From Schmidtea nova (lineage: Eukaryota): DNA of 64,000 nt. Positions 51,891-64,000 of the stretch are shown here, piece after piece (position 1 is the first letter of the stretch; the number at the start of each line of letters is the position of its first letter). The DNA is taken from the NCBI GenBank assembly GCA_044892505.1, contig CM097883.1:70556001-70620000 (forward strand), given 5' to 3'. Below the pieces are notes generated by a model, which worked only from the letters and a program-made list of their open reading frames with translations, did not search any database and was not told the origin of the DNA. A program made the translations under genes and the position numbers.

Positions 51891-53155
51891 AATTTGCAAA
51901 ACTTACAAAAACCAAAACATGTGAGAAAATAAACGTAATAATAGCCAAGAACGAGAAATCACAAATAATAACGAAACAAACAAATTAATAAACACTAATT
52001 ACAAAATTCGACGACGATATAACCGAAAGCCAGAATCGCATTAATGAACTACGAGAAGTCCAAATAAGAGACTCAAGAAGAAATCAGGTGAAGCAAAACT
52101 ATGAAAACAGCTACGTCTGACAGAGGTCACATTCAGGGAAACGATACAGCCCACAAGGAAACAACAACAATAAATACAAACAAAAGAAAGTTGGTGTTAT
52201 TTGAGCAATAAATGTAGCGAACTTGATTTTCAAACAAACCTAACTCGGAAAACAAATAAAGTCACCGATGACAATATAAAGTTTTAGTTTTCTAATTTCC
52301 ACTTTTGTTTATTATTTAAACATATTACGTAAACACGCACGCACACCCAATTTGTCCCGATACGGTTTTAAAGGCGACTCTTCTGGGCTCAGACTTCTTT
52401 CTTTAACATATGCATATATTACAGACATGACATATGCATATGCTACGAACATAGCATCCACCAAAGAAAAATAATTTCAGAGGATCTTCTAATGGGAAGA
52501 GTCGCCAGTTGTAGATAGAACAATAAATTTATTGTAAATTAATTTGTAATAATAAATTCATGTGTAATTATTTTTAAAAATATAAAATTCAATTGTTATG
52601 TCAAATTATCAACTATTTTCAAAATGTCGGGGAGTCGGAAATTGAAATTTCCTTACAGAAAACCATGTAAAATACAATAAATATATAATTTTACAGTTTT
52701 TGATCCATGAATAAATACATCCTACTTATCGCATTGTCTAGTTATTAAAATTTTTCTTATTATTTTTTTGGGGGGTACAGAGTTGTTAATAGAAAACTCA
52801 CCATTAATAGTTTGCTAAAGGCACCAAATACCTATCAAAAGAAAATAAAGCAGAAAATAATTTAATTACAATTTTTTTAGTAAACCAATTCTACAATTTT
52901 TTTATTATTTGAAAAGTAGTACTTCTGATTAGAAGAACAAATTTTTAAATTTTATTTCCTTTTTAAACTATATTAAANNNNNNNNNNNNNNNNNNNNNNN
53001 NNNNNNNNNNNNNNNNNNNNNNNNNNNNNNNNNNNNNNNNNNNNNNNNNNNNNNNNNNNNNNNNNNNNNNNNNNNNNNNNNNNNNNNNNNNNNNNNNNNN
53101 NNNNNNNNNNNNNNNNNNNNNNNNNNNNNNNNNNNNNNNNNNNNNNNNNNNNNNN

Positions 53156-53358
53156 ACCTTTGATCTTTTTTTAATATTATTATCAATAATTCTCATAATG
53201 CTGACTATAGATCAAAAATTTTTTTATAAACAATAACACAATATTTCGGCACAGCCTTTATCAAGTGTGTATTTACAAGTGTGTAAATACACACTTGATA
53301 AAGGCTGTGCCGAAATATTGTGTTATTGTTTATAAAAAAAATTTTGATTTATAGTCAG
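53156..53358. repeat. fold-back palindromic element, copy D
   Basis: 76-bp arms 53201-53276 and 53283-53358 (2 mismatches) around the 6-nt loop AAGTGT, with N-gaps on both sides. Confidence 0.92.
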
Positions 53359-55407
53359 NNNNNNNNNNNNNNNNNNNNNNNNNNNNNNNNNNNNNNNNNN
53401 NNNNNNNNNNNNNNNNNNNNNNNNNNNNNNNNNNNNNNNNNNNNNNNNNNNNNNNNNNNNNNNNNNNNNNNNNNNNNNNNNNNNNNNNNNNNNNNNNNNN
53501 NNNNNNNNNNNNNNNNNNNNNNNNNNNNNNNNNNNNNNNNNNNNNNNNNNNNNNNNNNNNNNNNNNNNNNNNNNNNNNNNNNNNNNNNNNNNNNNNNNNN
53601 NNNNNNNNNNNNNNNNNNNNNNNNNNNNNNAATTATTAAATTAACCTATTATGTAATAATAATTCAAAATCGTAGTTTCAAGATTAGTGGTTATTTATGA
53701 TGTTTGATCTTTGTAGTGCCTCCGTCATATATATATATATATATTTAATTAAATATTATTATTTACAAAGAAAAAAAATTTTTAAAAAGCAGAAAAGAAG
53801 AATGAGATTCAAATGATAAAGCACCAGATAAGCAGATTAAAAACCAGATAAATAAATGTGTCATTATAACAATTTTACTTTTGCTTTAGTTTTATGGGCA
53901 ACGAAAGTTACAATCACTATAATAGTTGTATTTGAATCTTGGTATATGTGTGTATGTGTTTGTACGTATTCTGTGTCAATAATGAGTAAATAATTAAACT
54001 TCCTTTTTAGATGTTATGCAATGAAGAGCTACATAAGTGCGAGTTGTATATTTGTCTTCAGAATATATTTTTGCGTATGTCTCTTTCTAATAATGATATT
54101 AATTAAAAAAATGTTCAGATTGCACAAAAATCCACAATTAAAAATGCAAAATTTAATGCTTTAATTTAGGTTTAATCTTATGGAATTTCACAGTCATAAA
54201 AATCTATAAATGTTAGTATGAAGGGTTGATGAACGGATCATAAAGAACTATGATTAATTATGTGATCATTCGTATATTAAATCTATGTAATTATGTTAGA
54301 TCTACTATAATTAATTATGTGATTGTTTTCGACAGGTAACTACTGGTTACCAATAGTTATTTGGTTACCATAGGATTAGATCCTGCTATGGTACCAAAAA
54401 TATTAATAAAAATAATATTAAAAATAATAATAATAATAATTAATAATTGTAACAATACTAGTAATAATAATAATAATATTTAATAATATTAATACTATTA
54501 ATACTATTATTAAAAATTTTATAATTGAAAATGTGATATTAACTGTGAAATATTTAAAATCAAAAATCTTTCTTTCTATCGAAATATAATTAATTTTCAT
54601 TAATGACAAATTTGATTAGGAGTTTTCAGTAAAAATATCAGTTGTGTTTTGTTTATTTAGCGAGAAAATAAAAGAAAACATTTGATAAGACTTGGTGAAT
54701 ATCGATCAATCGAAGCAGAGAATGTGCTGGCCTGAAATGATAAGAGAAAATCCATTTAACATTCCAAGTCAATAATAATTTGACACAAATCATTGATGCA
54801 TGCTCAAAACTTTGGTGAGTTTCATTAGCCGTCACCGAAGCGTAAAATAAGTCAAATTTATTATCAATTTTGAAAATTGATACCAGTGATTTTCAGAATG
54901 GTGCAGGATCGATAAGCCAGGCGGTGCGCGAGACAGAGAGTGAGTGTTATATGCAAACAAGCGGTGTATTTTTTTGACAGATATTGACAAATCTCCAAAC
55001 AGATTAGCTGGTGACGATAAAGTAATTTGTGATCGCAAATGGCAGGTGAAATAGGATTAACAACGACTACTCACTCACATGTACAAGGCGCAGATGGCCC
55101 TCTTCGTGAGTATTTCTTTAGGATTTGTAAACAAAACCGTATTTATATCTTTTACAATTTCATCAATAGATATGTTGATTAACAAATTTACATAACTGTT
55201 TAGTTTTTTTGTTTAAACTAAGCTTTTGCCGAAAGGTTTAACGGGGTTCGGAAATGATTTATAATCCATATAGGTTGTTATAAAAAATTACAGAAAATAA
55301 AAAACAGCTAATTAATGATAATTGATTAAAAATAAGTGAAAAATTGTCGACATTTTTTAGGAGCTCTAAATTTAAAGGAAAAGTAGGAAATGGGAAAAAA
55401 ATATTTT

Positions 55408-55410
55408 CTG

Positions 55411-55471
<61 letters not shown>

Positions 55472-55527
55472 TTACACAAGCATGGCAACGATTTCATTAA
55501 TATAAAACGCCATTTATACAACATACG

Positions 55528-55570
<43 letters not shown>
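55408..55570. repeat. two (TA)n microsatellites
   Basis: TA runs at about 55408-55470 and 55532-55570. Confidence 0.95.
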
Positions 55571-55574
<4 letters not shown>

Positions 55575-55713
55575 TCGTTTTTCACCTTTGATCTTTTTTT
55601 AATATTCATATCAATAATTCCCATAATAACTATAGATCAAAATTTCTTTAAATAAGTACTTATTTAAAGAAATTTTGATCTATAGTGATTATGAGAATTA
55701 TTGATATGAATAA
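55569..55713. repeat. fold-back palindromic element, copy E (loopless)
   Basis: Perfect palindrome 55629-55686 centred on AGT|ACT, with imperfect outer arms. Confidence 0.9.
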
Positions 55714-58700
55714 TATATATATACCATGATGTACAGACAATTCATGATATTTCAGATGTTATAGATGGGATTTAAATTTTTTCTGTTTTAATCCTCTTAT
55801 GATGTTAGAAGTGTTGGGCTGGCGAAATCGCAAAAAGAAATTTTGTTTAAATTGATCAAAAATTAAATATATACAAAAGGGAATAATTTTAAAAACGAAC
55901 GATAAAGTATTACACAGTAAAATAATGCAAAAGAAAATAAAACAGTAAAGTACAATAATAGTCATACAAACCGCATTCTATAAGTCTGTCGAGATACGGT
56001 AAAACGAAAGAAAAGAGGCATCTCAAAAGAGACCACAAAATTTGAGTGAAGTCGTATTTACATACTATGGACCGCATGAGAATTGAATGGGGAAGATCAT
56101 TACTTGTACAGTGAATACAAAAAGCATGATCAAAAATAAAATTTGTATTAGAATAAAGAAAATAATTTATTAAAAATTTAAAAAAACTCGATTGAAATAT
56201 CGTAAAAATAACAGAGATAAGAATAAAAATAGAATTAAATTAAATTAAATTTGAATGTTTTAATTAATCAATCATTGCACAAAAATAATGGATACATACA
56301 TAATTTAACGGAATTAAAAACAAATATTTTAGAAATAAATAAATTGAATTATAAAAATAAATTTACAAAAAATAAATAAATAATCATTTTGCTGAGGTAC
56401 CCAGAATCTCAACTTGATGATCTTATTTAAATAAATAACTCAACACTTGTTCGAAATAAATTTTATTTAATTAAAACAAATATAACAATTACCCAAATAA
56501 AATAATATTACATCCACAAGTTTAATTGTTTTTTAAATTTGTGTGTATATGTTACATATGTAATGTGTAATGCTGAATGGGGTTCTGACCTCGATATACT
56601 GTATGCTCGAGTTTAAGTATTCAAAGTCGATTACAACTAAGAAATTCTTCTTAAGCGAATATTTTATAGGTGGTTTGACTAAAAAACTCAGTTAGTTTAT
56701 ATACTAATTTTTGAGGTACTTAATCTGCCAATAATGATTGTTATTTTTCTACTCGAGTTGATTAACATTGTTTTCAAAACTGAATTGTTTTCAAAACAGA
56801 ATTATTTTCAAAACAGAATTGTTTTTAACCTTGGAATTATTTCATTTTGCTGACCGTTGTAGGTCATAAATATAATTAATTTAATCAAACAGTAATTTAT
56901 TTATTTTAATTTATTTAAACAATCAGTATTATTTATTTTTTTTATTATTATTTATTTTATTGAATTAAAATATAAATCAAAATATAAACTATTCTCCAAA
57001 GTTTACAAAATTGATTTACATAAAATATTTCCAAAACAAAATATTCTTTCAAAATTACATTAAATTTTATCATTAATTGTGTCCATCACCATAAAATAAA
57101 AAATGTCGATAAATGTTCACAGGCTCACAGATTGTAAATTGATAAATTGTCATAATTATATTGTCAAAAATTAATTGTCATTCGATTCATTGTCTGATCT
57201 TGGTTGCCGTCCACATGTACATCTATTCTATATTTTTTTCCTACTATTCTATAGTCATCATTAATTTCGAATGTGTTGACTGTTCTTCCTGAATCTGAAA
57301 ATTTATTTAAACTAATAAGTAAGTTTAAATCGTTTTATAATTATTTCAATAATAACATATGTGAGCGTCAGTAGATTTAGTACAAATAGACGCAAAAAAA
57401 TACAATCTAAAAACTTGAAATTAATTTTTCATTAATTTTGTATTTCGTTAGCCAGTCGAGGGCCTAGGTATGTTTTGTTTTTATTTTGTTATAGTATAAT
57501 TTTCGTTTGAAATTTGTATTAGGATTAATAGATATTTGATTTTGTTATGTTTATTTAAACATAAACCCTCATACCATCCGGAGTAAAACACATAAGGTGC
57601 ACCCCAGTGGTTCCCAACCACAGGCGGAAGGCCTCTCAGCAGTGATTCTTTCGGGGGTTGAGTCGATGCGGCGACATTGACACAAATTTTGGCGGGAGAA
57701 AAGGTGGTTACAAATGAGTATTCATTTTTTTGGTGAATTATTTTTGAATGAATAAAAGTAGATGGAAACATTTTATAAATTGATATATAATTTTTTGAGG
57801 ATGAATAAAGGTAGATATGTGATAACAGGGAGTAATATATATGTAAGAAGTAATCATGAGACAGGACCGAAAAGTAAGCAGATGTGTAAGTCCTTCTATC
57901 GGCAGCAAGAACCTGAAAGAGAGAATATAGTGAGGAGTATTTTTGGCAACGAAGATCATCTGCATAGTTAGTTAGGGAATAACTACGAATACACGATTGT
58001 GGTAGATTAATATTTATGTGGCGGTATGGGCTGTATTAATCCCTAGAAATCGTTTACAATTTTTATAACAACACCCATACCTCCCAGCAGAAATATTTTA
58101 CAAAATAAATCCTTTGTAATGCTGGAGAATACGAAACCTTTGAGAGCCGTACCCGGTATGATGACCGCCAGTACTTAATAAAGTATTCTTTATTATCACA
58201 AGATTTATAATTATTTTTGTTTTTTAGACAATATAACCAAAGTTTGTATTGAATTGAAATAAAAATGAATTTTTATTTATTGTTTAAAAAATGAAAATAA
58301 ATGAAATCTAAAAAGAACAAAAGAAACGAATACTAAAGATTTTAATGAGAGTTAAATTCATTAGAAAGATGAAAACTAGAATAGAAGAAAGATAGAAAAT
58401 ACCGACAGGGGTGATAATGAAAACAGCAATTCAACCAAAGTAATAAAAGGTCTCTTTGAATTTAAAGTATATTTCAACACAAATCCAGAGCACTCTAATA
58501 AACGGGAAAACACTTCAATGATTTGCAGGTTGCTTAGTTTAAAATTTTTAGTTGTGCATACGCTTTCGACGTATTATTTCTTCTACGATTTAATCATTAC
58601 CAAAAATAAAATTCGTTATTGACGGATGATTTTTCATCACGGATTTTTTTCTTTTGTTTCTTCTGTCTCTTATTTGCATCACTTTTAAAATGTCTCTTCG

Positions 58701-58836
58701 TTTTAAATATTCTATAATTATTTTATCAATTTCTAATAAAAGATTTTAAAAGTGTAAATAACTCACCAAACATTAACAAATATAACAAAAGATTGAAATA
58801 ATAAATGTCAAATTCAAAATCAATGCATTAGAACTA

Positions 58837-59078
58837 TTAGGTTGTCCGGAATGAAATGTCCGCTAAATGGATTATAATTCAAAAGACGCACAAATATATT
58901 TAAACATGTATTATTTAATCAAAATATGATTCATTAATGTTAATACACTCTTGCCATCGTTGCAGGAGCTTTTCTATACTTTCTTTTAAAAAAGTCTCAT
59001 GTCTGAAATCCAAGAAATGGATAACTATCGATTTTATCTCCTACAAATCTTTGAACTTCCTGCCCTTGATATAAAGAG
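58837..59078 (-). mobile_element. mariner 3' end remnant
   Basis: TA plus TIR TTAGGTTGTCCGGAATGAAATGTCCG at 58835-58862. Minus strand reads GRKFKDL*EIK...FFKRSIEKLLQRWQECININESYFD* (frame read by eye). Confidence 0.8.
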
Positions 59079-59935
59079 TTAAATGTATAAATAAGTGGAT
59101 ATCAGTTGGTAATAGATTGGGTGAGCCAATACACCTTTACCTTGTAGTTTTGCGTTTATCTCATTCAGTAACACGTCAGTAAAATCTGCCTCGATGTCTT
59201 CCAATAAACTTTGGAATTGCCTGTGGTTCAGCCCTTGTGCTCTTATTAAATTCACTGCACGCAAAACTGGATCCATAACATGCTTGAATTTTAAAGAAGA
59301 CTTACATAGGCTTTCTTGATGAATGATGCAGTGAAAAGACAACGAACTGTGTAGTGGAAAATCCTCTTTGATTTTATCATTTCTCTGTAATTTCGAAGTT
59401 TTCGTCAATTCATTTGATGTAAATGAATAACAGGGCAGTGTCCTGAATATCAGTAGTCTTATCTAAAGCAATAGAAAACCACTGAAAACAGCCACTGGCT
59501 GTTAATAACTGTTCTTGAATATTCACTGCAATTGCATCTATGCGACGAGCGATCGTTCTTTGTGACAGAGGTATGGATTCTGTTTTTGACCTAACTTCAG
59601 GACACACAGCACTGACTGCATCAACCAAGTAATCTTTAATAAATTCTGCTTCTGCAAATGACTTGTTTTGCTATGAAATTTATTTGGCCAATATATAACT
59701 AGCCTTCGTCACGTTCTTTTGTAAAGATGACGTTTTATGAACACAGTTTGCTGCTACTTCAAACTATTTACCAGATGGGTTGCTTTCTTTTGAAGTTCTT
59801 GTTTTGATAAATTGTGTCCAAAGTTAGCGTGTCTAGTTTAAAACTGCTTCATGACAAATCAAACATACAGCTTTAACACCAACGTTGGTAAATAAATACC
59901 TTTCAGTCCACTCCTTGTTAAAAACACGGCATTAT
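59079..59935 (-). mobile_element. hAT (Buster/SPIN/Charlie-like) transposase remnant with deletions
   Basis: CRVFNKEWTERYLF..AVCLICHE, PLSQRTIARRI, FSIALDKTTDIQDTA, HCIIHQESLC and LNHRQFQSLL. Confidence 0.9.
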
Positions 59936-60003
59936 TAATATTATTAATATTATTAATATTATTAATAAACGTATTTTTCTATAAAACTTTGTTGATTTTG
60001 CCT

Positions 60004-60940
60004 TGTTGTCTAAATATTCATCTACAGAGAAAAAAATAAGAAAGTGAATAAGAAAGGCAATAGATAGAGTATAGCCACGTGAATGAAGGGCATGTGTCAC
60101 CGGGGAAAACGGCGATAAGTGATGATATGGAAGTTGAGAAATCTATCAAAAGAGTGTACAGCCATTGCAGGTGTAACGCCAGATGGGCATGATAGAACGT
60201 CGAAAATCGTGAGACCACGAACTAAGAATCTTGAGACTCATTTAAATGTATAATGGAACATGAATAGAGTAGAGTCACACGACTAGCGAATGGATAAATG
60301 TGGAAGAAGTCAGAAAAACAAATAAATGGCGATAAATGTTATGTTTTTTAGATAAAATTCACATGTCAGCGAATCGAAGATTTGATAAGAAGTGCTGAGA
60401 CGAGACGCTAACGTCAAATATGATGGGGTATTTTATAACTGGAGAACAGTTACTTTTCGCCTTACGAAATGAAGTTAGTAAAAGAGAAACTCGATCGCAC
60501 CTAATAGACTATCTTGGACCTATAACTAGAAACGAGTGCATTAAAAATATGGTTGCAAAATTGCCGATGCCACTTAACTCAGCAATTCATCAGCAATGAC
60601 CCGAAGAATCAGATAAGGCCGATATCTCTGAATAAATGGTTTCCAATGACCGAGCAGACGACCGGAGAACCTGACAAACCTAGCGGTTCCCACGGTGGAT
60701 TAGCTAAAAGAAAGTGAATTAGCGCGATAAAGAGAAGACGTCGAAAGAAGAAATGCGACATTAGTTCATGAACTTCATCCACGTGATTTACTGAATTTCA
60801 GTATTGTATTGTGTATGGTTGTAATGATATCAAATAAATGTATTAAGTAAATTAGGCGTTCATATTTATTTGTTAAGTTTTATTTTGTTTCTAGTTAGAG
60901 TATTGTGCAAGAAATTCCAGTATAGAATAAATACATTACA
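60004..60940 (+). repeat. possible LTR-like segment
   Basis: Purine-rich non-coding island starting TG and ending AATAAATACATTACA. No TSD found. Confidence 0.25.
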
Positions 60941-61379
60941 AAAAGTTAAAATAGAATAGGGTATATTGAGGTGTAACCTCATCAGTTTAGCCGAATATTG
61001 AAGTGTATTTGGTAGGAAGAGATTGCGTAACATTGCCTGATGAGGATTTAAAATTAAACAAAAGTTTCAAACCACGCAAACCGAACAATTTAAATCTCTA
61101 GTGGAAAGGCTCGAGAGTAAATTTTCTTTCATGTTTCATGCACAACAAAAGTGAGCTAAATTTATCAGCTTTTTTAGGCGAATCTTCTCTTATTATATGC
61201 TTTCTCCAATTTCTTTAAACCATTTAATTAATTTTAACAATCTTTCTATTGTCACCGCTTTTTAATATATATTTTGACAGCTCAGGTGTCATCAATTGGC
61301 AATAAACAAGTTCAATATACAAGTTCAATATATAATTTGTGTTTTATGGGATTTTCTATATCTCTTTTATAGTATAAAC

Positions 61380-61724
61380 CAGCGTTTCCCAAAGTTTTTT
61401 CAGCGCGGCACCCTTTTTGCTTTCAAATATTTTACGGAACCCTATTTACAAAAATCAAATGCAAATGTTGCCAGATCTAGTTTTTATATAGTAAATGAAA
61501 TGGAATTGGCACATATGAAATAGAATGGAAATGCATTTTTGAAGGCAATATCAATGGAATTGAAAAGAATTTTAAATTGGATCGAATAAAATCGAGAATT
61601 ATTTATTAATCTTTATTTATAAATCTTTTTTTTTATAAATTATTTATTTACAAAAAGTTCACGGAACCCCTGCTATCAGTCCACGGAACCCCAGATTCCG
61701 CGGAACACACTTTGGGAAAAGCTA
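61380..61724. mobile_element. 345-bp hAT MITE (Buster-type)
   Basis: 16-bp TIRs CAGCGTTTCCCAAAGT and ACTTTGGGAAAAGCTA. 8-bp TSD GTATAAAC (61372-61379, 61725-61732) fits nnnTAnnn. Subterminal ACGGAACCC repeats. Confidence 0.92.
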
Positions 61725-61758
61725 GTATAAACAATGTCCCTTGAGCGTCGGAGCGGGA

Positions 61759-61843
61759 TATTTCAGTCCCGCCGTTTCAGTCCCGCCGATTCAGTCCCAC
61801 CGATTCAGTCCTGGTCAAATCAGTCCCGACTGTTTCAGTACTG
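61759..61843. repeat. ~14-bp tandem repeat (TTCAGTCCCGCCGA-like), probable DNA-transposon subterminal array
   Basis: About six imperfect units running into an N-gap. Confidence 0.7.
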
Positions 61844-64000
61844 ANNNNNNNNNNNNNNNNNNNNNNNNNNNNNNNNNNNNNNNNNNNNNNNNNNNNNNNN
61901 NNNNNNNNNNNNNNNNNNNNNNNNNNNNNNNNNNNNNNNNNNNNNNNNNNNNNNNNNNNNNNNNNNNNNNNNNNNNNNNNNNNNNNNNNNNNNNNNNNNN
62001 NNNNNNNNNNNNNNNNNNNNNNNNNNNNNNNNNNNNNNNNNNNNNNNNNNNNNNNNNNNNNNNNNNNNNNNNNNNNNNNNNNNNNNNNNNNNNNNNNNNN
62101 NNNNNNNNNNNNNNNNNNNNNNNNNNNNNNNTGTGTTAAATTTTAAAAAATATTTTTATTTAGTCTTTATATTAAAATTGTTGGGTATTTATTTTTAAAA
62201 TCGGTATTTGCTCTGTCTCCTCGGTGTTTTTTGTAACAATCCACTAAGACCCAACACAAGAAATTTTTATTTGATTCAAATTAATGACAATATTTCAAAA
62301 AACCTTTCTCTAACTGCTTTCACTGTTTTCTTGGCGCAGGGATAAGTCTCCTAATGGAATATCTCGCTTTGTAAATGTATTTGAATTTAAAAATTGACCT
62401 TTTCTTTTTTATGACGCTCCGCTTCCAAATATTTTTTTCTTTTTTTTAAATTGTCTTCGACCGTACTGGCAAATATGCAGTTTTTGCCTCTCTTTATATA
62501 CCCAATTTCTCGTATTGATTTATGGGTGTTATCAACTTGATTCTCTACAAGCTCTGTTAGATTGTCAGTTTGATTCATTATCCTGTCAGTCTCAATTTTT
62601 GAAGCAATTAAAATGTCAAAAGAAATTTAATTGCTTCTCGTTGCTTCTGTAGAAACATCAGTTTTTGAGGCAATTAATTGTCAAAATCACTCGCTCGGGT
62701 TCTCATTTGCTCGCGTTCTCCATTAGCTCGGGCTTTCCATTAGCCAATTAATTCTTAATTAATATTTTAATATTTTATTTATTTTTTTGGGCACCCCCAT
62801 CGATTTTATCTTTTTATATTTGAACTCATCTCATCAATCAGCAGACACCCATACCATGTTTTATGTTTTATATTTATATATTTTATATTTTTATATATTT
62901 ATATAAAATATTTTTATATTTTTAATTAATTTCTAGATTTTTGTGTTTTTATTAATTTTTTTCAATTTTTTTAAATTTTTTAAGGTCACTATGACAAACC
63001 CTAACAAAATGAAAAGTTCTGAAATAGAAACGAACAAATCAAAGGGGAAAATAAAAGACGTTAATGATAACCAAATATATTGTCAAAGTCAAGTATTTAA
63101 GGGTTAATAATCCTTCATTTTCGGTTAACTAGATTTGACTCATTGTGAAACTAATATTAAATTCATATTTTAATATAGAATTCTATTCCAGATTAACGTG
63201 TGAAATACGAACCAAAATAATGTTAATGATCGCACATAAAACTGGTATTACCAGTAATAAAATTATCATATCAAATAAAGGGAACACTTCCAATTATAAG
63301 ATTTTGCTATACTTTATCTTCTCTTCATTTCTTTCCAGATGCGCGTCTCGTGCTAAATATAATCCCAAATATTTATGTAAAGTCTTGAAGTAAATGACGA
63401 TAAAGAAAATCGCGAATAAAAAAATCAAGTGGCAGATAAAAGGCGGTGCTGATGAAACTCTCGAATTGAGTAAATATCAAAACAAAAATTGCCATAAATC
63501 ATTATTAGTAAGAAATAAATTTCTGCGACAAATTATTACTAATTATTAGCCCAAGGCTTTATTGAGATCTTTTAGAAGACATTATGGGATTAAAGTTTTC
63601 ATATAATACTTGAGTATTGGTTTATCCCGGTAAATAATAAATAATTGAGAACATTTTGCCTGGATTATTTAAAACTAGAATAAAAATTAACTTCATTTTC
63701 ATATTAAATCATGATATTATTTTTTATTTCTTTTTCATTGAATTTTTTGCTTAAATCATTGTGATTTAAAATAAATGGAAACATTTTTTTTTGCTTTAGA
63801 CTTTTATTATTAGCAAGAATATAGAAATAAATTCAGTTGAACACAGGGCCGTCTTATCCAGGAGTCACCAAAGACATTGTGTCTAAAGTCTGAAAATTTT
63901 TAGAGGCCCACAAAAATAGAAACGAAAAAACAGGTTAACGAAAAAAAAATAATTTCACTAAACAAATAATAACATCAAATAAAATGGGTCTTTTCTAAAA

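Noticed and set aside
52373-52506. 11-bp inverted repeat GGCGACTCTTC...GAAGAGTCGCC as a MITE
   Set aside because: No TSD and no second copy in the window.
54640-55110. GC-richer island as a host exon or transposase
   Set aside because: Stops in all frames and no motif recognised.
9191-55713. CRISPR array or tRNA genes
   Set aside because: No repeat-spacer periodicity and no cloverleaf found. The palindromes are dispersed and the context is eukaryotic.
58122-58175. Hammerhead ribozyme (GAAAC...TGATGA)
   Set aside because: The core reads ATGATGA rather than CTGATGA, and there is no NUH triplet after stem III.
63844-63910. CAGGGCCGTC hAT-like left end
   Set aside because: No partner TIR or TSD before the window ends.

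Overview
Very AT-rich, gene-poor eukaryotic scaffold with many N-gaps, mostly filled with decayed transposons. The host is probably a reduced parasite; a CDP-diacylglycerol synthase fragment looks animal-type. This is inference and the taxon was not determined. Host-gene content: an intronless 26S proteasome ATPase RPT6 (11177-12370), an orphan 413-aa ORF, a frameshifted CDP-diacylglycerol synthase fragment, and a degenerate multi-copy membrane-protein-like family. Mobile content: five Ty3/gypsy elements plus a gag remnant (one nested insertion has a clean CATGG target duplication and a tRNA-Leu primer site), one nearly intact NeSL/Utopia-like non-LTR element with a restriction-like endonuclease, four mariner remnants, hAT remnants and a MITE, and five copies of a fold-back palindromic repeat. 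The three most unusual observations: (1) a 5S rRNA-like sequence with conserved structure begins inside the last codons of the non-LTR ORF and ends in a T-run; (2) a ubiquitin-like domain ending RLRGG|M sits directly in front of a gypsy Gag; (3) the fold-back copies have private variants mirrored on both arms. All alignments were done by eye against remembered reference sequences; no searches were run.
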